NCBI RefSeq assembly: GCF_004010195.1
Contig: NC_057749.1
Location: forward strand, 6,074,862 to 6,105,316
Source of the DNA: Chiloscyllium plagiosum
Taxonomy: Eukaryota
Length of the DNA: 30,455 nucleotides
Reading direction: 5' to 3'
Positions 22,753 to 30,455 of this stretch are shown here, in pieces; the first letter of the stretch is position 1; every line of letters begins with the position of its first letter. The position numbers and the translations under genes were made by a program. The notes under the pieces were generated by a model, which was given only the letters and a program-made list of their open reading frames with translations, did not search any database and was not told the DNA's origin.

Positions 22753-22994
22753 ATTCACCTGCTCCTCCACCACTGCAGTACCTCTTCAAAGTACCTTCTA
22801 AAATCGGCAATCATCTCTAAAAGGATAAGGACAGCAGCTACATGGAAGCACCACCCCTTGAAATTTCTCTTCCAAGACCCACACAATCCTGGCTTGCAAC
22901 TGTCTCACTGCTGCTTCACTCTCACTGGGTTCAAACTCCTGGAACAGATAGTGTAGCTGCAGCTAGTTATGAAGTTAGCTCATCGCCACCACCA

Positions 22995-23490
22995 ATACCA
23001 ATGGACAACAGGCAGAAAACTAGCCACCAGGAAACATGAACATCAACGAGCCATAAAGTGGCATGACCCTCTCTCACTAGTATCCTTACATATAGATATG
23101 GAAGGACACCACCTCGACTGGGACAACACCCACCCTAGGACAAGTCAAACAGAGACATGCATGAGAATTCCTAGAAGCTTGGCATTCCAACCAGAACTCT
23201 ATCAACAAACATATTCATTTGGATCCCATACATCACCCCCTGAGAAAAAGAACAGGAAATGGCATCACCGTAGGAAATGATGTCACCACAGGAAATGACA
23301 TTACCAACCCAAGGAAACTCAAACATACAAATAGAAAGCAGGAAACACCAGCAGTGCTTCGTCCGGAGGCTCACTGAAGATGTTACCTAGTATGGTGATG
23401 AAACATCTGAAAATGAACCTTTCAGCTCAGTGAGCAAACCTACATCCAGAACCAAAACCTGAGCTACAAATCTTCTCAAAACTCACTAAC
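22995..23490 (+). mobile_element. Penelope-like element 3' end: GIY-YIG endonuclease remnant and 3' terminal repeat
   Basis: TGRKLATRKHEHQRAIK.HDPLSLVSLH..EGHHLDWDNT, then after a frameshift LGQVKQRHA*EFLEAWHSNQNSINKHIHLDP. 18-bp x3 repeat at about 23254-23307. Hammerhead downstream. Confidence 0.88.
23371..23410 (+). ncRNA. Minimal type I hammerhead ribozyme motif (CpG-decayed)
   Basis: tca-CTGAAGA-t-gttacc-tagtat-ggtgat-GAAA-catc-tga. Confidence 0.7.
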
Positions 23491-23559
23491 AACATTTACA
23501 GGCCGAATCGGCAATTCCCTTGACAGAAACAGAATACCGGAGCTTCTTTCGTTTCTCAT

Positions 23560-23811
23560 GGTCAGAAGTCACACGGCACCAGGTTATATTCCAAGAGCGC
23601 TGCTGTGAAAGCTTGTGACTTTAAATAAACCTCACAACACCAGGTTCTATTCCAACAGGTTTATTTGTAAGTACAAGCTTTCGGAGCACTGCTCCTTCAT
23701 CGGTCCAACACTGACACCTTCACCTCAAATAAACCTGTTTGACTATGGTCTTTTATCGTGTGACTTCTGAGCTTGTCTAGCCCAGTCCAACACCGGCACT
23801 TCCACATCTTA
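23560..23811. mobile_element. Composite of Penelope-derived short elements in both orientations
   Basis: Same family as 3422-3585. Flanked by 9-bp direct repeat gtttctcat (23551-23559, 23812-23820). Confidence 0.7.
23675..23703 (-). ncRNA. Minimal hammerhead motif (one core mismatch)
   Basis: Minus strand CcGATGA-a-ggagc-agt-gctcc-GAAA-gctt. Confidence 0.55.
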
Positions 23812-24214
23812 GTTTCTCATCATAATCACTGAATGCAGAAGTCAAATCATTTTAATTAAAAATTTCAGCAGTGCAATTACTCTCGCCCCCTCACTCCTTT
23901 GTTTGCTGATTTTTAAATCATATATTTCAGAAATTTAGTCTTGCAGATATATTTTATGAAGCTTCGGGGAGTACAGAATTAAGCTTCCCTGTCACATTTT
24001 TACTTCAATGGAATCAGTGCCAGTTCCAGAGTTGAGGACAGAATCATGCTTTGATGCAAAGCCTTACCCACCTTCAGGACAGCCCCAGGCGATGCAGACT
24101 GCAGTCGCTGTAAATTTGAATGCAGACACGTAACAGCAGGAGGCCATAAATAACAAATAAACTAAATGAGTGGTTTAGTTTTGGTAGATAGACAAACTTT
24201 AGCTACTAACACCT

Positions 24215-24250
24215 ATTCCTGATGAAGGGCTTTTGCCCGAAATGTTGATT
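24215..24250 (+). ncRNA. Minimal type I hammerhead ribozyme motif
   Basis: CTGATGA (24219-24225)-a-gggc-tttt-gccc-GAAA (24239-24242)-tgttg. Confidence 0.72.
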
Positions 24251-24343
24251 TTACTGCTCTGCGGATGCTGCCTGAACTGCTGTGCTCTTCCAGCATCACT
24301 AATCCAGAATCTGGTTTCCAGCATCCGCAGTCATTGTTTTTAC
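24215..24343 (+). mobile_element. 129-bp hammerhead-headed retroposed element
   Basis: 12-bp TSD ctactaacacct (24203-24214, 24344-24355). Body homologous to the arms of 24401-24561. Confidence 0.85.
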
Positions 24344-24400
24344 CTACTAACACCTGGGGCCAAGCTTCTGCCAAATAGAGCCTATAGATCCACCTAAATA

Positions 24401-24561
24401 GGAGAAAGTGAGGACTGCAGATGCTGGAGATCAGAGCTGAAAATGTGTTGCTGGAAAAGTGCAGCAGGTCGGGCAGCATCCAAGGAACAGGAGAATCGAC
24501 GATTCTCCTGTTCCTTGGATGCTGCCCGACCTACTGCGCTTTTCCAGCAACACATTTTCAG
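24401..24561. mobile_element. Inverted (palindromic) insertion of the hammerhead-element family
   Basis: 62-bp arms 24437-24498 / 24500-24561 with 2 mismatches. TSD atccacctaaata (24388-24400, 24562-24574). Confidence 0.88.
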
Positions 24562-26719
24562 ATCCACCTAAATAAGCAATCAGAGTGTCTGTTTAGTGCT
24601 AATTCACCTTTGACCTGCCGTGTACTGGCCCAGAGGGCAGATTGCCCTCACCCTGTTGAAGAAACATACAGTTAACTGTCTCCCGTTACGTGTCATGGTT
24701 ATTAGACACTCAAAGAAGAAAGGCCTCCTCTTACTGGTTTGAACTTAGGTGTGACAGTGGCCAACACCTGAATTATCCAGCAATAGGATCAATTTCCCAC
24801 AACAGTTTCACAGATGTTTGACTTTGCTGTTGGATGAAACTATAGCAAGGCACTGCAGGAAGTGCCTGTATGAAATCTGATCACGACATATCAATATTGG
24901 GGAGAGTTCAGGCCAGTATTCTGTATCAAATAGCAAGACTTAATTGTGACATTTAGGAGTAAATTTAAGAGTTGTACTGCTAGCACAATGTGGTCAATGC
25001 CTGTGTCTTTTTTTTAACCTTACTCTATTTATTGTCGATCTTTTCTGTCAATACACTGGCCATTTGGCCCATTGGTTCATGCTGTTCTTTATGCTCCATT
25101 TATATCTCTTGTCACCATTCCTCAAACTTCCATTGTTATCTCACCCATTCACCATAATCTTTTGCATCTTTCTCTTTCAAATATTGTTCTCATTTCTACA
25201 TAACTCATCATCCTATTCAACACCAGCATCTGCTTGTGGCTGTCATTTCCACAGGCTCTGGATAAGCAGTCAATTCCCTATTAGGTTTATTACTGACTAT
25301 CTTATGCTTATGGCCCCTAGTTACTGTCCAGTCACACAAGTGGAAACATAATTTTTATGTATCAAATCCTTTCATAATTTTAAAGATCTCCAACAGGTCA
25401 TCCAACAGATTTCTCTTTTCTTAATAGATAGAAAATTGACAAAGTTTGAAATTCTAACCCTCGTGCCTTACTCCATTATGTGCACCAGCCTGTACACCTG
25501 CACATACCACAGCAAACATTTATTTAGCAATCAATTTGTTCTTCAGTTTTTGTTTCAATCTGCTTTGACCTTGGTTTCTGTCAATTTTGCACCCAGTTTG
25601 GCTTTCTAATTCTGTGAAGTCCAATTTTCATCCTCTTGAGTCCTTAGAAACTTTGGTTTTCATTAAGCAAATGAAGAGCGAGATCCAAGGGTTTCACCTT
25701 ATGCCATCCGCATAGTTGCAAGATGTACCAATAATTTGTCTGTTGACTGACCTACCTCAATCGATTCATATCCAGAAAACCCAGACATGATGCAAGGAGA
25801 AACTCAGTGGTAGAGAGTTTTGGGACCTGCAGAAACAAGGTCAAAGGTTCCTCCCCAAAGTATGCTCCACTCACCACACATCATGTCTCAAATCACTCAT
25901 ATGCTGTATCCGAAAGGAATCTATCTAATTAAATTTGAATGAATCACTACTAATTGCTTTCACCATCAACTTAGGAAGCCTATTCTATAGATCAACCACT
26001 AGCTCATTGAAATTATTTCTGCTGATTACTTTTGAATGTAGTCCCCTTCAAGTGCACACTGTGGTCTTTGGTTCCACTTGTCCTGGGCAAGTTGACATAG
26101 CTTGTCATGGTCCAAATTGTCATTTTCTCTTGAGTAATAGTTAATATTAAGTAAACGTTGAACTAAGACTTTTGGCCAAAAATTCTTCATTCTTGATACA
26201 TGCTTATAAGCTGACCACTGACTTTTAAACTAATGTGCATTTGTCCCATGTTTGTTATGGGAGGGGAGTTAGTGTGGACAGTCTGGTGTTTTTTTTTATA
26301 ATTGCTCGTATCACATTTAAATCATCAGAATTAATAAGCTGGGAGTGCAGTTTGCTGCTGAAATCATGACCATGGTCAGCAACCACTCAAATAGCGTCCT
26401 TATCGACAGCTCCCAGGAACTAGCATTAACTTTGACTCCTAGGAAACCTCACTTAAATATAATTCAACCCCGTACACTTTGCTCAAAAACATTTGCACAA
26501 AGTAGATAACAGCTAGTTAATTTAGAATGCTAAAATCAGCTCTCATATCACTTTTCAATCTACTCTTTAACAGTGAGAGCAAACCTAACTTACATTATCG
26601 CTTCTCACATTTCAATCCTTCCATTCCCTCATTTTACAGGTTGCTCTTTTTCTGCAGTGTCATTTCCATACTGCAGTCAATACTCACACTTACTGGCTAG
26701 TTTTATTAATTATCATTCT

Positions 26720-26951
26720 TTTATTACACCGTAATTTGTACACCACTGTGCCTATTGTCTTGGCGTGTCAGGAATTATTGTGTTGTCTTGCATGTTTTGC
26801 ACTTCTTATGCACCTTATGCCGCCCTGTGTATGATTGTGTCATTTGTGCTGTTCATGTAGCATTTTTGTCCCTGGGGGAACTCTGTCTCGTTTTGACTCT
26901 ATCAGTTGTATGTGGTAGAAATGACAAATAAAGCTACTCTTGACTTGACTC
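26720..26951 (+). mobile_element. LINE 3' UTR with (cttga)n tail (Rex1/Babar-like, second family)
   Basis: ..tcctgggggaac..ctcgtttt..gaaatgacaaataaagctactcttgacttgact. Confidence 0.55.
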
Positions 26952-27299
26952 TCTTAGTGGCTAATTCTCACATGTGACCAAACAAAATGGAGAAGTGTTT
27001 TTGGTTAAGGACCAAGCATGTTGAGAGACTTTGTCACAAACATGCTGGGAAAGTGAGGTGTCCGAGAGAGTGCACGACTCTCCAATTGACCTATTCAACC
27101 AAACCTACTCTGCAGAATCTGCCAATTGTACATTAGATTTAGCAACTCTCTTAGAACCCACTGAACTTAAAGTGGAAAACCACGTAATCCATGATTCCAA
27201 ATGACTTCCTAAAATAAAAGAATAGTTTTCTTACTTCAGAAACCAAACTGCACACAGTATTCTAAATGCAATTAGACCAATTAATTGTGAAGATTTTCT

Positions 27300-27610
27300 T
27301 TTTTTAATTCATTCATGGGATGTGGACTTCATTGGCCATCCCAATTGCTCTTAAGGAAAAGGTAGGAGTGATATTTCTGAATGGCTTGCCAGGCAATTTT
27401 AGAGTCAACCACATTGGCATGAGTCAAGCATCACAAATTAGCAAATCTGAGGTTCCACCCACAAAGGTTAAGGGTGACCCTTGAGGATTATCATAGCAAT
27501 GCCTTCATTCAAATGCTGATGCTTGCTTTACAGTTCTGGATTTATTTTGCCAATTGAGTTCAAGTGCTTGGTCACCATATTGGAAGTTGAATTCAAATTT
27601 CATCATGGTG
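27300..27610 (-). mobile_element. Degraded tRNA-SINE/LINE tail
   Basis: attcattcatgggatgtggac..ccatcccaattgc..agagtcaaccacattg is the reverse complement of the 3960-4135 family. Confidence 0.55.
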
Positions 27611-27780
27611 GTACACTCAGAGAATATCCAGCTACATTAGATGGACACCCCTCAACAACTCCCTCGCCAGGTCCCGTTCCCAACTAATCAAAGGTCATCA
27701 ACACCCTGGATCCAGTTCTTCACAGGGGTCTGCACAGTCCCCTCTCCCCACCAAAGTGCGGGGTCTCTGGCATTTGCCTT

Positions 27781-28228
27781 AGAGTCATAGAATCATGGAG
27801 GCATACAGCCTCAGTCCGACTTGTCCATGCCAACTAGGTATCCTAAATTAATCTGGTCCCATTTGTCAACATTTAGCCCATATCCCACTAAGCCCTTCCT
27901 ATTTATCTACCCATCTAGATGCCTTTTAAATGTTGTAACTGCACCAGCCTCCATCATTTCTTCTGGCAGCTCATTCCATCCACTCACCACCCTCTGTGTG
28001 AAAAAGTCACCCCTTAGGTCCCTTTTAAATCTTTCGTCTCGCCTTAAGCCTGTGCCCTCTAGTTCTGGACTCGCCTACCCTGGGAAAAAAAGACCTTAGC
28101 CATTCATCCTATCCATGCCCCTCATGATTTTATAAACCTCTATAAGATCACCCCTCAGCCTCCAGGGAAAACAGCCCCAGGCTATTCAGCCTCTCCCGAT
28201 AGCTCAAACCCCCCCAACCTCAGCAACA
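27781..28228 (-). mobile_element. CR1 LINE 3' end
   Basis: Homologous to 11840-12275. Confidence 0.9.
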
Positions 28229-28529
28229 AAACAGGGAATGCCCCAGTTTACAGACGATGAAGTATTTCTGAAGTTGTAATGTTGAAAATTGCAACATGCC
28301 TAACGTCTCACAGAACCTTTCATGCAATTACTTTGAATTGTAATGATTTGCTAAATGGGTAAGTAATTTATCATACCACAACCCATGACAGAGGGTGTGC
28401 AGTGGTAATGTCATGATCTTTGGACCAGAAGATCTGAGTTTGTGGAGAAAGTGAGGACAGTAGATGCTGAGTTTGTGGCCCATTTAAGGCTGTGATGGCC
28501 CAAAGGTATGTCACAGTACACCCAAACAC

Positions 28530-28750
28530 TGATGTTTTTAAAAAAAAACTCACAAACAACAATGAGGAGATTGTTCACCCAATCCATTTTGGGTTGTGTA
28601 GGTGGAAGTGAATTGATTCAATCTCTTGATATTCTTATGATCGTCTTCAAATAGAGCCATTGGATCTCGGACATCTATCTGAACAGGGAGACAGAATTTC
28701 AGTTTAATATCACTTCTAAAAGATAGCATCCGCAGCATTTAGCTCAGGAG
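28530..28750 (-). mobile_element. Degraded DeuSINE/SacSINE-type fragment
   Basis: cacaaacaacaatg..tcttcaaatagagccattggatct..gacagaatttcagtttaatatc..aaagatagcatcc. Confidence 0.6.
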
Positions 28751-28787
28751 TCTTCAACAAGGAGGTTGAGTGAAGTGATTACGCCAC

Positions 28788-29045
28788 AATTCCCGCCTCA
28801 GGCAACTGTTTGTGTGGATTTTGCACATTCTCCCCGTGTCTGCATGGGTTTCCTCTGGGTGCTCCGGTTTCCTCCCACAGTCCAAAAATGTGCAGGTTAG
28901 GTGAATTGGCCATGCTAAATTGCCCGCAGTGTTAGGTGAAGGGGTAAATGTAGGGGAATGGGTCTGGGTGGGTTGTGCTTCGGAGGGTCGGTGTGGACTT
29001 GTTGGGCTGAAGGGCCTGTTTCCACACTGTAAGTAATCTAATGTA
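28788..29045 (+). mobile_element. HE1-type V-SINE, 5'-truncated
   Basis: Highly similar to 1810-2073. Confidence 0.9.
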
Positions 29046-29057
29046 ATACTACAGTGG

Positions 29058-29370
29058 GGCTTCGGACAACTAGGAAGAAGGCTGAAAAGCAGGACGTCCA
29101 GGGTGGTTATCTCTGGTTTGCTTCCAGTTCCTTGGACTGGAGAGGCCAGAAACAGGGAGGTAATGGATTTGAATGTGTGGCTGGGGAACTGGTACAGGAA
29201 GCAAGGATTTAAATTCTTGGATCACTATGTTTTGTGGTAAGCATAAATGATACAAGAGAGATGGTTTGCACCTTAATAGGTTGGGGACCAGCATTCTAGC
29301 AGGCAGGTTTGCTACTGCAACACAGCTACAGGCAGGTTGGCTACTGCAACATAACTGCTTTTAAACTAAG
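29058..29370 (+). pseudogene. CR1 ORF1 SGNH-esterase domain remnant
   Basis: LGRRLKSRTSRVVISGLLPVP..RNREVMDLNVWLGNWYRKQGFKFLDH, then after a frameshift YKRDGLHLNRLGTSILAGRF. Confidence 0.85.
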
Positions 29371-29496
29371 TAGCGGGAGGGAGGGGACAAACTGGATGTT
29401 TAAGAAGGAATTGAAGGGAAAGTTAGAACAAGAGAAGTCAGGAAAGACAACGGTATCAATGAAGCAGAAAACTCAAAAAGGGATCATGCCATAAGG

Positions 29497-30455
29497 TTGA
29501 GTGAAATAGGGGTTGATAGGAAGGGTGAGGGCAATAACAAATTAAAAATGCTATATATGAATGGACGAAGTATTAGAAATAAGATGGATGAGCTTGAGGC
29601 TCGTTTGGAAATTGCCGGCTACGATATTGTGGGGATAACTGAGACGTGGCTTCAAGTGGACAGGGCCTGGGAAATGAATATTCAAGGCTATCCATGCTAT
29701 TGTAAGGACAGACTGACGGGCAGAGGGGGTAGGGTGGCCCTGTTGGTAAGGGATGATATTCAGTCCCTTGCGCGGGGGGACCTAGGATTCAGGGGATGTA
29801 GAGTCAATATGGATAGAGCTGAGAAATTCGAAGGGTAGAAAGACCCTTTTGAGAGTTATCTACAGGTCCCCAAATAGTAGTATGGATGTAGGGTGTAAGT
29901 TGAATAAGGAGCTGAAATTGGCCTGTCGCAAAGATGTTACTACAGTTGTTATGGGGGATTTCAACATGCAGGTAGACTGGGAGAATCAGGATGGTATTGG
30001 ACCTCAAGAAAGAGACTTTGTGGAGTGCCTCCGAGATGGATTCTTAGAACAGCTGGTGCTGGAGCCTACCTGGGCGAAGGCAATTCTGGATCTGTATTGT
30101 GCAACGAACCAGAATTGATCAGGGACCTCAAAGTGAAGGAGCCATTAGGAGGTAGTGACCATAATACAATAAGCTACAATCTGCAATTTGAAAGGGAGAG
30201 GGTATAATCGGTAGTGACAATATTTCAGTTGAATAAAGGGAACTATGGAGCTGTGAGGGAGGAGCTGGCCAGAGTTCAATGGTGCAATACCTTAGCAGGG
30301 ATGACCGTGGAGTAACAATGGTGGGTATTTCTGTGAATAATGCAGAAGATGCAGGATCAGTTCATACCAAAAAGGAAGAAAGATCCTATGAGGAGGCAGG
30401 GGTGGCCGTGGCTGACGAGGGAAGTTAAGAAACATATAAAGTCAAAAGAGAAAAA
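29497..30455 (+). pseudogene. CR1 ORF2 AP-endonuclease remnant (frameshifted, runs off the window)
   Basis: YMNGRSIRNK, DIVGITETWL, GGRVALLV, VIYRSP, VMGDFN, AILDL, GSDHN. Confidence 0.93.

Larger units (their letters stand above)
21730..22990 (+). mobile_element. Non-LTR retrotransposon ORF2 C-terminal remnant (clade unresolved), split by a CR1 insertion
   Basis: YLPLAWISEAPTELIKLDTIQEKAASLI at 21737-21857. Apparent continuation at about 22755-22990. Confidence 0.55.

Noticed and set aside
24604..25850. DR1 nuclear-receptor motifs (24604-24616 minus, 25838-25850 plus)
   Set aside because: Short motifs with no supporting context. They cannot be distinguished from chance.
27620..27712. RTE-like C-terminal remnant (QLPRQV.FSQLIKG)
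   Set aside because: Too short and frameshifted to call with confidence.

Overview
Eukaryotic, repeat-dense non-coding DNA, almost certainly from a shark or ray, inferred from HE1-type V-SINEs, SacSINE/DeuSINE-type elements and CR1 LINEs. No intact host gene is supported. The supplied ORFs are transposon remnants, satellite artefacts or chance ORFs. Contents: many CR1 fragments (an RT-to-3' piece at 14.5-15.9 kb and an ORF1-esterase plus APE piece from 29.06 kb), Rex1/Babar 3' ends, several tRNA-derived SINE families, a Tc1/mariner MITE, a solo LTR with a 4-bp TSD, and a 32/33-bp satellite spanning a gap. Three less obvious signals stand out. (i) A Penelope-like GIY-YIG remnant and at least six short elements carry minimal hammerhead-ribozyme cores, often as inverted pairs. 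One is a 62-bp near-perfect palindrome whose fold point coincides with the predicted self-cleavage site. (ii) An old minus-strand Ty3/Gypsy element (gag-protease-integrase-LTR), barely visible in the ORF track, lacks RT/RNase H. (iii) The satellite monomer appears to derive from a segment of the DeuSINE. Family names come from recalled consensus motifs, not database searches, and boundaries of old elements are approximate.
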